The notes beneath the pieces were generated by a model. The model ran no database searches and was not told the origin of the DNA. It saw nothing but the letters and a program-made list of their open reading frames with translations. From Ophelia neglecta (Eukaryota): a stretch of DNA of 64,000 nucleotides. The stretch is from assembly GCA_965285935.1 (NCBI GenBank), contig OZ260667.1:22630001-22694000 (forward strand), in the 5' to 3' direction. A program made the position numbers and the translations under genes. Positions 26,323 to 38,182 of the stretch are shown here, piece after piece. Numbering within the stretch: the first letter of the stretch is position 1; each line of letters starts with the position of its first letter.

Positions 26323-27344
26323 GGCACCTTGTTTTTGAATTACATAATCAGTAAGCCTGAAGGGTATACATCTGCATATGTGTTAATTCTTGTGCCCATG
26401 CTCTGCCTTATGCTGCTGAGCAGGAAATCAGTGGCCCTTGGCTCCAAATTGGGCCATTGTTTCTCTGTTTACGTTTTTTGCCTTCCCACAATCCATCACA
26501 GATCATGAAATTTTAATCAGTGAGTGTCATTACAACGGTAAGCCAATTCTTATAGAGGCACGCCAGACGAGTCTGCTCAAGGACCGCCATGACCTACATA
26601 ATGAGTTGATCCTAACCACACTAGCCCAGGAAATTAACCAATTTATCAAGCACGATGGTGCTTTCCGATTCCAATAGACCATTGCAGATCTAACAGAGAA
26701 GCGGTCATCACGGATTTCCACAGCTTGTTACTGTAATCCAATAGATCACTTTGCCATTCTCGCCTCTGATCGATTTAGCCAAGACTCGACCTCGGAAGAA
26801 ATATGAGTGATAAATGGCGAGAGGACAAATGATCTCTTGTCGTCTATTCTTTAGGCGCTCCATTTGTGTGATTCCGAGCTGTGCAAATCAATGGAGGATG
26901 GTTGAACTGAATGCCAGTGCGAAGAGCTAGCCATTGATTGGGTTATTTGAATGAACAGCTGCTAGGGGCGTTGTTATCATGTCAATGGTTTACATGAATT
27001 ATCATGGCATCTAACAGACCATATTCATCCGTTTAAAAAGAGATTTTAAATTGCCCACTATTACAGTATGATTTATTTTCATTGAGTGCCTGGAATTTAT
27101 CTATTCTCACTGTCTGCAGAAGCGCTTATTTCCTTGAGACTCCATCTTCTTCATGTCGCCATCCATCAAAGCGTTTTTATCAAGCTCTTGTGACTCGATT
27201 GCCGACTCCAGGTGTTTTCTTGGCTTCTTTACTCATTTGTCTCAACTTCTGCTTTCTGGTATCTCAATATCTGGAAACACTATCAATCATACACGGAAGT
27301 GTATATAGTATACACTTCATAGTGAACAACGTGACAGTAAGTGG

Positions 27345-28430
27345 CAAACATGGAATAATATAAGACTCTTAATGAACAAAGGACGAGCACATTATATTCA
27401 AAGAACTTTCCCTGATGTGAATGACAAGTATATCACTGATGCAGACAAAATAGCGCAAAAGTTTAGCATTTTTTTCTTACAAACATTTGCCCGAAATTGT
27501 TGGAAATATTACGTCTCCCACGAATTATACATCTTCCCGAGGAACCCATCTACAAAATAGCATATTCATTTCAGAAACAAAACATGTTTTGGGGCTAAGA
27601 ATTGTTCTCAGCTCAGCAAAGTTTGCCATAGTTTTACCAATAGCTGAATTGGAGAATTATTCGTTATTTACTAATTACAGACACATATACTTACTTCCAC
27701 CAATTTCAGAAGTGTTTGAACGATTGGATCATAAGCTGTCTGCATGAATGCAAACTTCTTAAATCAACAATCACAATATGGTTTTCGCATCTACCATTCG
27801 ACTGAACTATGGAATTGGTAGACCTTATGGCCGAAGGCATTGATATGAAAATCCTTATCTGTACAATTGTTATCGATCTATATAAGACCTTCGACACCTT
27901 TTGACCGTAATATATTTTTGTATAAATTAGAGCTTTATGCAAGAAGCTCATCGAAAACAACTTGTCTGAAATTTACCAATTTGTCTTTTTTGATGGGAAA
28001 ACCTCACAACATCTAGTTGAGGTGTCGCACAGGGATCAAATTTGGGTCTCTTGTTATTCCTAATTTACGTAAACGACTTTGTCATTCTTCTCAGTTAAGT
28101 CAAAAAATCTATTAAATGACGATACCAGCATATTATTCTGGAATAATGAGTTCATAGACTTATATTTAGAGATTAATATAGAACATGAACATGAGTCACG
28201 TTACATCGAGAAAACAAAATAATATGATTTTCAATTTCTCAAACAAACCGCTACCTTACAAAATATTAAAAGTAACTAGTTTCGGTCGAAATTAAGAACA
28301 AGTTTCTCCTTTTCAAATGCTTGGGTATTTTGGCTTGATGAAAACTTCACCTGGAAGACTAATAGTCATAATAAAAGGTAAAAAGGCTACCAAATTAGAA
28401 AGTATAGGAACCATCGAAAGTTAAAATTTG
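27345..28430 (+). mobile_element. Decayed CR1/L2-group LINE reverse transcriptase fragment (frameshifts and stops)
   Basis: Collinear RT-region motifs across frames: QTWNNIRLLMNK, ITDADKIAQKFSIFF, AIVLPI..TNYRHIYLLPPISEVFERL (NYRPISLLP), QYGF (~27775), IDLYKTFDT (DLSKAFDT), GVAQGSNLGLLLFLIYVND (28021; GVPQGSILGPLLF), NDDT (YADD site, ~28115), FKCLGI/WLDENFTWK (~28312-28357). Confidence 0.92.
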
Positions 28431-31400
28431 CACTATGGCCTCTTTAGCCCATATTTTTTTGTAGTAATTTGGACAATAAATGTCAGCCTAGGACAGCATA
28501 CATCAGTAATAAAATATCACCGCGGTCGCTCCCTTATTTAATAATCGGCTGAGTATTCATTCAGGAAGAATAGGTCAAATTTTGCTGCTTGGCTTGCCTC
28601 AGGTTCTTTTCAATCTAAATCTATATAGAATAGATTAAAATATGCATGAAAGTAACAAATTGGTATGTTTCTTGACTATAATCTGCCCGCAGAAAGTGAT
28701 TTGTTTTTTAGTTGAAGCCGGGAGGCCCTTATCATTCAAACAGTCTTAAATACAATAAAAGCACAGAACATAAATGTGAATTGGAAAATATGTGTCAGAT
28801 GAGAGCTACTACTAGTCTTGTGTTGGATATTTGCTGTAATAGTCAACTTTAAAAGTAATTGTCTTTATGTAATTTAGCTTCATGTCATTATGTTTCTATT
28901 GCAACTACATTTAAAGGCCAAGCCAAGGCACGCGATTTAATTCGACAATTTACTGCCTGAAGCAGTGAGTAGGAGGTGTTTTCCCTTGGTGGTCGTATGT
29001 ATGACTACGATCGCCTCCGTATTGTATGTTTGTTATTTTCGACTCTTGGTGGGCGACTGACCACCTGGGTCCGCAGCCATCCATTACCATCACCGGCTTA
29101 CTCTGTCATACTCCATCATCTTCGCTCCAGACACTGACATGTCCTTACCTTTTTCAGCCTGTGGCCAGCAATTAAAACAGGGCGAAATTCAACAGGCAAT
29201 GTACAAGTCTGAACAGGACAACCAGACAGGGCAGTGGGCACTAACCCTCGTCTTAATACCCGTGAAAAACGGGTCAGATATATTCATCTCACTTGGTTTT
29301 CTTTTAAACTGTTAACTCTAGTTAATTTTGGGTAGTGTAAGGACTGTTTTCTACAAGAAACTAAATGCTAGACGATTTTAAAAACTATAGCCCACCATGT
29401 TTGCCTCGCCGCTCTGCAGGTCAATGAATTTTTCTGTCCTATTGCAAAGGCATGGATTATGATAATAGGAAGGGCAATGATTACTCTTATTCCATTTAAT
29501 CACCGATCCTTTCTGGATTCTCGAAATACCACTGCTATTAAACTAAAAACTACTTTGCACTTCAAATGAATTGACTGCTGGGATCACTATTACTTTTCCG
29601 ATTTGTAATCACTTTTTTGGAACGCTAAATATTGCAAACAAAAAAGAAATGCAATGATTTATGTGTCGTTTTCGATTACCAGTTGACAATCATAACAATG
29701 GCTGCCAGATATAGTTTATGTTTAGGAGGAGCATGGCGCCCATCCACGCGACATTTGACTCGTCTGCACGATGTGAGTATTCAGCAAGCTGCGTCGCGCC
29801 ATGCACTTTGCCCGCAGTGTGCTGAGCTTCAGTGGGCAATGTTAATCAATGTATGCCATAAAGACACAACCCATCTTTCCAATACGGAAACTATTGACTT
29901 TATCTTACAGTACGAACGAAATGTTGCTTTGCGATTGGATCCTTTCTGCATTTTCATCTTAGCCATGATCTGTTTCATTTTGTTTTTATCGTTCCGTTGC
30001 TTCATGACAAATATAACTGTTTTTTTTTCACTCAAAAGGACTCGTATTTCATATTAATGAAAGCCGTGGTGGGCAAAAAAAGACGCTTTTTAAAGTTCAC
30101 CACGCACCTGGTGGTTGCCACTTCTTGATACATTCAATCAACGTTTACATGCTGCAGGTGACGCAAGCAAAAAATGTTTCCTCAGGGAAGGCCGTATTAT
30201 TATAACACTTCTGTCGAAAACTGCTTTAAATTCACATCAAAAGCTTCAATTTAGAGTGGATGATTTTGGTTTGACTTTTTGTGACATCATAAGTAACCCA
30301 TGTTATTTGAGTGTGTTGATTTAGCTGCAAGGTCTAGTACGGCCTAGGTAAACCCAATATCGTACCTGTAGGGTGCATAATGTCCATTCTGTAAATGACA
30401 CTCTATATATAAAGTTACAAATACATCAACATCTTTGAGTAGTTATAATATAGAAAGCCACATTTTCATATCAAGTACAGCACAGTTTAGAGAAAACAAT
30501 GCCTAGATGGGTCGTGTGAACTCCCCTATTAGGTACATAGTCCAAGACGAACTTCCGGCGGTTGCCCTATTTTGTCTCCAAGGTGGCCCGTATTGAGTCG
30601 TGCGGTACTTCCTCCCGGGTCGTCGTACACAGTCACTGATGGGCACCCGCTTTGATCACCATCTAAGTGACAGTTACGAGCCAATGACTGACTGGGAAAG
30701 ACGTAATGGCATGAAGTGTCATACTGAACATCAAGCAGCCAATGCAGCGGGAAAAGAAATAGAATTTGGCCATGGCATATGATGAGCAAACAGCAAGGGT
30801 TACAAAAGCTCCATGCCTCCATCTGTGCGCGGTTCGCCCAGTTGAATAGAACGAAGCTAGGCGTATAATGGGTTTAGATGACTTCTGATAGATAATTCTC
30901 CCACTGGTTGCATACTTACAGGGCAATTCTACCTATTTGAGAGCTTGCTAGATATGTCAGGGTGTTTTAATATCTCGGCAAGTGTTGTGTGAAGGGGGAG
31001 GGGTGTCGCCCTGTTCTTTAAGCCTAACATGAACATCACAGCGTGATGTTGTTCACATGATGTTCGTTTTGTAGTCTGCTTAATGATATATGGCTATGAA
31101 AATCTTAGTGTGCAATTACACAAGGACCTTCACGACATAAATGTCTATACGTTAATATGCTTCCCTGTTTCTGTATTTTTCACTATGATGTAACAATTGG
31201 TGTGGTTTATTTCCACTGGTGCAGTGGTACCTATATAGTACGTTGTTTTTATATACATAAACAGCACGCTTCAACACTATAGATTTGGTACATTATTCAT
31301 TTATTTGTAATCAATGTAACGACTAGATTAAAGCTGGTTGGACTTCATACCTGTTTATCACGGATGTCGATCTATTTCCTGACAACAAAAACGCCTCTTG

Positions 31401-32400
31401 ATATCAGCTCCCTTTTATATATCGTTGAAACAAGGATGCTCAAGTGTGGTTACATGTAAGACTGTTTACACGGTACGACCCATTCTTTCTATCGACGCAT
31501 TCCTACCCCAACCATCCTTCCTCTGTAAACGTGACCTCCACGTAGGCACACATAGTCCAGCTGTTTGAAATGAAGTATCGATGGCCTTGAGCTCTCTGTA
31601 AGGTCACCATTTTTATACATGCCTGCGCAAGAATTCATAAAGAAAAAAGGGGGGTCTTGCCCGAAGTAGCGGATATTATTGCTTTTGATTGGACACAAGC
31701 AATTGGGCATATGTTAGTAGACTTCCTGTATTATAAGGGTTTCCACATTTTAAATATGTATGAGTATTTATTGAGAAAACTTCTAGAAACACCCAGAGAG
31801 AGATTCCCTTTGAATATTTCAGAGGGTGAATGTTACCTGCTCATCTGTCCACTTTTCGCCAACAATGAAGCTAAGCTATGCTACAGATTTAATGTTCTAT
31901 AATTAAACAAAAGCAGACGCTAACAGAACCCATTTCAATGCTGGTATTATTGCTTGGGTAGCACAGGAGTACCATAAACCAAAGACTGACTATTGGGAGA
32001 AATCTGGTGGCAAGCCATCTAAGTGTACCAAGACTGCTAGGGGCTGTGTTCACAAAAAAACGATAGCATGCCACATAGTGACTCAGACAATTACTGCTGA
32101 GCAGACCCAGTAATTACACTGAGAGAACAAAACGATCGAAAGGTATGCCATAGCTTATAAACGACTCCTCAATGAGCAACTTCTGCTACTTTTAAACCCT
32201 AGGCACGGAATACGCTAGGGATAAGAGGATTTTCACGCTTTGGATGTTCAAGACTGTCGAGACAGCAAACTTCCAGATTAGGTTTATGTCCACAGCAGTT
32301 TGTACTGCAGTAAGAGAATTGCTCTTAAATGAGTTTGCTGCTCTCAGTTTAGCATTCTGCATCCATAACTGTTCAGTCACATTGGCCCTCCGATGCCTCC

Positions 32401-32405
32401 ATATT

Positions 32406-32445
<40 letters not shown>

Positions 32446-33239
32446 ATTTTTTTTTTTTCTCTCATTTTTTCTTAACCACGCTTTGCACTATAATTATACC
32501 TACATTCCCACGTGGTTAGGGGATGAATGGTATATGTACGATATCTAATTGATACTAACAATACAGGGGATTTTTTTTTATTTTCTAAACAATAATTTCA
32601 AGTTTTCTCCAATATTTCTCATTTTCATAGAGTATGGATACATTAGGGTGACTGTCATAAAATCGTTTTTTACCTATAACTAGCTTTCCCAAAAGAATCA
32701 GATAATTTACTAATTTGTTATTTTTATCAGGGTTTAAACCCAATATAACTTCACGTTCTGTAAGTACAATTCCCTTTTTAAGCAACCGTGATACATCTTC
32801 AGCGACTAGTTTCCATAAGTGCTGTGACCTGGTACAATGGAAAAAGAGATGTTCTAGCGTTTCGTCGATACTGCATATATTACATAATGTCGTATCAGTC
32901 TTCCCAATTTTATGCAAATATATATTAGTAGGATACACTGCATGCAATATTTTCCACTGCAAGGAAATTAGCCTAGGCTCTTTACAGACATTACTTGCTA
33001 GTTCTAATATCTCAGGTGGAATTTCATGACAACAGTATTTTCGGGTCCAATATCTACATATTGAGGATGCAGTATCTGGTAGAGATAACAAGAACTGATT
33101 TCCAAGTAAATTTGATTTTAAGTTTTCACATATAGTTAGGTCATTAAAAAACACCTGGGATCTACATTCCTTCAAAGCGCACACGTCTGTATTTCCAATG
33201 GCATTTCTTGCTATTCAGATATAGATATGATATTCAGAT
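32401..33239 (-). mobile_element. 5'-truncated L1/Tx1-type LINE insertion with poly(A) tail and target-site duplication
   Basis: Uninterrupted minus-strand ORF 33184-32585 with the C-terminal zinc-binding (zf-RVT-type) signature LQWKILHAVYPTN..LHKIG...CNICSIDETLEHLFFHC and the REVILG/NYLILLGK tail. 3' UTR, then poly(A) (T35-GA-T12 on + at 32410-32458). ATATTCAGAT at both 32401-32410 and 33230-33239. Confidence 0.93.
32585..33184 (-). pseudogene. C-terminal ~200 aa of LINE ORF2 (zf-RVT-type CCHC domain); endonuclease and RT core absent
   Basis: 199-aa ORF from the track, with the C-x2-C...H-x4-C motif. It is part of the truncated LINE and not an independent gene. Confidence 0.85.
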
Positions 33240-36200
33240 ATGAACAGACCTTCATACATATTAATATAGTTTTCTTTACAAAATGGTTTTCGTAGCCTAT
33301 CACACGCCGTGGGAAACGCTGCTAGTGCATTTGAGGAGCATTGCCATTTGGGATGTAATAATGTGTGGGTTCCTTCTCGGGTTAAGACTGGGCTGACGAG
33401 GTAATACGGGACCATCATGCCACATGCTCACCAACCGGAAAAACGGAAAATTCAATCAGTGCTTCTCACCGCATCCCCAGGGTTGTTATGTTATAACTCG
33501 GGCAAACTGAACCGGTGAAAGTCGGTAACATGATAATGATTCTAGTCTGTCTAAACAGGATAAGCCAAGCACTGTATGGTGGCGCAACTCACAGTCTTAC
33601 ATATTTAATGAAAGGAACCAGACCAGGAACCTTGAGAATCCTAAATGGGGCCAGGTTTTAACAAGGGAGAGAGGGATTTATCAGTTTAAAAGCACATTAA
33701 TGCATACTTTTTTGTTGATTTTAGGATAGAGCTATACTGGGACGACTACAATATGAACACATTTCAAACGTGTACATGCAGCTTTGTATATGATATCAAA
33801 TAATTCGATAATACGGGCATTCTTTGTATGAAGATGAGCTAGTTTTGGTGAGGTATGACTTTCTGCCTGGGGAAGTACATTTTATGTATTTATTAAACGG
33901 TTTTTCACACCTTCGTTCCTGCATTATGACTATTTACCTAGTAACTTACAGAATTGACAATACGTGCATTCAAATAAGAGTAATCTGCTTTGTCAGTTTA
34001 TTCGAGGATCACATTAAAGTGTTGTTCTATTCAGAGTTACGAGAGGGCGAAACCTCCTTACAGTTGTCGTCTGTCTTTTGTGCAGAGCAAGGTGTCAAAT
34101 TGGCGGGCACGGCTTCACAAATAGACCCTTTCTCCGATCCTCACCCACTCCACAGGAAGATAATTGTGCCCTGGGGCATAACACTGACAACTCAAAGAGC
34201 TAGAAGGAAAGACACTAGAGTGACAATTGTAGTCAAGTAATATTTCACCTGACCTTCACGTCTTTGCCGAGTAATACCCTAATGTGTAGTTGTCTTCGTT
34301 CGATCTCCGCGCAAAAAATAGGAATTTGTTCTAAAAATCGTCTGCTATATTCTGAAAAATATGTGGAAGTGAACAAACAAAGCTGTAATATAGACCTATT
34401 TGGTTTTGGTATGCACGCCCTGACCTAAATGCGCGGAAATAAATTCAGGCCCACTTATGCTCACAGCACTTTATATACCTTGTTGATTCACTCGATTTCA
34501 GAAATTTGCGTCCGTTCCAACTCTAATATCATCAGACGTTTTATATGTCATTCTAGTTTCCACCTTATTCTTGTCTGAAATAAAAACCAGCTACGAGTTG
34601 CAAATATCTGACATGCCCGCATGTTTATTGTTCCGTTTTACAACAATCAACACAAATGTTGCACAACCGATCTAGCTTTCCTGGTGTATGTCTTCAAATT
34701 TAAGATATATTTTTAACAACTGTCTGCTTTAAAGACATGTATAGCCGGCGGCCACATTTATTCCTTTAAGACAGCATCTTTCTGTGCTAAAAAACAATAG
34801 CCGAAGGTCTCTAGGGTGTAATTGAGTAGCCTCAGCTGCAATTGTATCCCAGAAGACAGGGATTTTGTAGGTTTTTTTAGGGCAAAAAAATGCAAGTGTT
34901 CAGTAACCGATAGATACCCTTCTCATTGCAAATCCCCAACCACTGCCTCGTCGTCAGGTCACATTTGGTTGCGGATGATGGAGTGTCTTTGCTTTTGAGG
35001 CTTTTGCGGCCGACATCTGCAAATAGAAGCTATCGGGTGGAAGATTGAAACATTGGCCTTTTAGGGGATTCATAATCGCAGACTTGGCTGCGAATCCCAT
35101 TAATCTTCCATCTTTCCATTTCGAGTCGAGTACAAGGAGTTTGACAGGATGCATGACTCGGGCTGACAGGGTTCTGCCTATATCCAAGCTATATCGCAAA
35201 CCCCAGTATTCTTTTTCTTCCGTTCACTTACGTCTGATCTTCTGGGAATATATAAAAGTCTACAAACAGTGACATACCCTACATTTAGTTCATCAGTAAT
35301 GGGAGCAATGGAAATCAAATCAGTTTACAAGGTTAAATTGCTGTGATGTTGTAGAAGCGACATGTTTGGTTTTCTTTAGCCGATATGCACTTCTATATAA
35401 ATGTATAATAGAAATTCGGACCCCAAATATGTATATGTAACACACTATGTAACAACACACATTGTTGTGAATTCGCATGTTTTTATTTGGACTAAGAGAT
35501 TAATATGGATTTGTGATTCTCTTGTTGGAATTCTTGGTAAAAAGGTTGAACTTGAGCCATGCATTGACTTCTCTCCTTTGTTTGCCCATGTTATATATTA
35601 TTCCTCGGTTCTTCTTTTATCTCGTTAGTCACTAATCGGCATTCCATGTCCACAGAATAGATAACTAATGCCATGTAGAGCAGAACAAATGAAATGGCGT
35701 CTCATGTATAAGATTCTTAGTGTCAAGCATATGGGCCATTTAGAACTAATGCATGACTTGGCCATCTTCAAATCATAAATTTGCAGTACAGCCCTTCGAG
35801 TACTGAGCGGTGTTGTTTATTGGCGGTAAAAGGCCAACGATATACCCCGCGTTCCTCGACCGTCCGGCCGAGTAGAATGTCGTGTTGTCAGAAGACGATT
35901 TGTTGGACAGAGGCCGGCGAGGATGATACCGGCTTAGTGTCGACAAAAGACTCAATTCTGCATTCGGCTGGCTTCCCATATTGCTAGCTCGGAGGGATCA
36001 GATCCCAGCTAATCCCGACAGATGTAAGACTTTCACAAATCACTGGTTTGGGCTGTAAAAGAAGGGTAGAGCAGACTAATAAAGCCGGGGGTTATTTACT
36101 ACCCGCTTTGATTCTAACGGCACTGAGTAACCGCCGACGGGAGATACTAAAGTCAGGCTCATCTCCATGCCGCTCTCGCCCCTTCTACAATGGCCGCGCC

Positions 36201-36394
36201 GATATGTCGGCTGTGTCCAATCGCTCTGTTTATCGTCTTTGAGTAAAAATCGATATCAGTGTGTGAGATTATCGCTCAATGTTTATTCAGCTGGAGCCTG
36301 ATTCTCATCCAGATTGAGCAGAATGAAATATGCCGAGACAATTGGTTATACATGTGTGATTTGGACATCAAATACTTCAAACACCTTGAATTTC

Positions 36395-37226
36395 AACTGT
36401 CTGCAACTGCTTCAGCGTATTTTTCTGGTGTTTGCAAATGGTTCAAATGTCTTGCCTGCAACTGGCGCCTTTTTTGTCTTACTTGCAACTGGTTTAGCAT
36501 CTTTTTCATTCCGTTTTCCGTTGGTTCAGGATAATTTTCTGCTGCCTACAACTGGTTCAACGTCATTTATTTCCTCCCACTCACTGCTTCCGTGTATTTA
36601 ACCCTGCCTGCTATTGGTCCAATTTTATGTTGCGTCCGTGTCACTATTCTCTTGCCAGCAACTAGTTCAGCGTTTCTCAAGGCCAGCGAATGTTTTCCGT
36701 TTTTCTTTTTCCTGCCTGTATCTGGTATAGAGTCTTTTTTCACCAACCTGGATCTGGTTCAGCATCCGTCTTCCTCACTGTGCCTGGAACTGTTTCAGCA
36801 AGCTTTTTCTCCTTCTTGAAACTGGTAAGCGTCCATTTTCTGCAGCATAACACTGCTTTAGGTTCTTCTTCAGCTCCCTACAATTGGTTCAGCGATGTTT
36901 TTCTTCTGCCTGTCCCTGCTTCTGCTTCTATTTCTCCTACCTGCAACTAACTTTGCGTTTCTCCTGCCTTCAGGTGCTTAAATGTACTTTCTTCATTCGT
37001 CTGCAACTGCTTTAGCGTCTGTTTCTTTGCCTACAACTGGCTTATTGTAAGTTTCTCCTGCCTGCAACTATTTCAGCGTCTTCTTCTCTTGCCTGCAACT
37101 AGTTCAATGGCTTTTCTCCTGACTGCAACTGGTTCAGCAGCTTTTCTCATGCTTGCAACTACCTAATTGGCTTTTGTTCGCTGACTACAACTGGTTCAGC
37201 CTCTTTTCCTCCCCTGGCTGCAACTT
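36395..37226. repeat. Decayed minisatellite, ~29-33-bp unit (consensus ~CCTGCAACTGGTTCAGCGTTTTTCTC(C)TG), about 25 copies
   Basis: Recurring (C/T)TGCAACT(G/A)GTT(C/T)AGC core followed by a pyrimidine tract; exact 30-bp period at 37091-37170. Frameshifts and stops break any continuous frame across the array. Confidence 0.85.
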
Positions 37227-37990
37227 CATCAATGTTTGCAACACATAACATTTGCAGACAACTTAGAAAAAATGTGATATGAGTCTGAGTGATTTTTTCC
37301 TAAGTTACCAGTCAGGGGCCGCCTTCTTCTCCAGACGACAGTATAAAACCCAGCAATCACCAGACCTGCAGCTGGCGGTGATAAATCCTGGGCAGAATGA
37401 AATGACTGGCGATGGTTTGTGCTATGGTTTGTTAAAGCCTGGCTAATATCATTCATTTAGTCGTCTCCGCCCAGACGAAGTGAACAACTGTGCATCTATC
37501 TTGTCCGTGGAATAAATGATATAAATGAAGCTAATGCTTTCCTTCTGTCTAAATTAGCTGGATATTTCATTGCCTACAGATAAATACTTGAACTAACTGA
37601 TTGCCCCAGTAAAACGAGTTAAAGCCATCATGGATTTGGTTGTACATAAAGTGTTATTGCTTGTAATTACCCTTCCAGTACGTTTTCTGCGTTTCGATCG
37701 TTTACCTGAAGTATTTATCAACTTTTACTGGTGAAGAAGTACCTTCACGACTCTCAGAACACACATTCCGAGTAAAGATACAGTGTTTTCTGGACACGTT
37801 GTCGTGTCGCTGTTGTTAGATCGCGTAGTCTGTGGCTCCCTTGTGTCCAATGAGAGCAAGTCCCCTCGACGTCTGACAGGCCAACTTACCGCCTTAAGTC
37901 CAAGGCTCCACTCATTTATATCCTGGAACACGTGTTAGAAAAGTCGCTCAATTGCTCTGCAAAACAAAAACATGTCATTGCCAGTGTATG

Positions 37991-38148
37991 NNNNNNNNNN
38001 NNNNNNNNNNNNNNNNNNNNNNNNNNNNNNNNNNNNNNNNNNNNNNNNNNNNNNNNNNNNNNNNNNNNNNNNNNNNNNNNNNNNNNNNNNNNNNNNNNNN
38101 NNNNNNNNNNNNNNNNNNNNNNNNNNNNNNNNNNNNNNNNNNNNNNNN
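37991..38148. other. Assembly gap (158 N)
   Basis: Run of N. All six track ORFs crossing it are artefacts. Confidence 1.
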
Positions 38149-38182
38149 GGCACAGACACAGACAGAAACAGAAACAGAAACA
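38149..38182. repeat. Hexanucleotide microsatellite (CACAGA/AACAGA)n abutting the gap
   Basis: GCACAGACACAGACAGAAACAGAAACAGAAAC directly after the Ns. It probably extends into the gap and may have caused it. Confidence 0.75.

Noticed and set aside
26438-26677. Protein-looking 79-aa ORF preceded by an acceptor-like CACAG
   Set aside because: No recognisable motif, no codon bias and no compatible neighbouring exon found.
32244-32519. ORF with a poly-Phe run
   Set aside because: Antisense translation of the LINE poly(A) tail.
35830-35880. HDV-like ribozyme resemblance (GGCC...TTCCTCG...GGCC)
   Set aside because: P1 has only 4 bp, and the P1.1 GG, P4 and P2 partners are missing.
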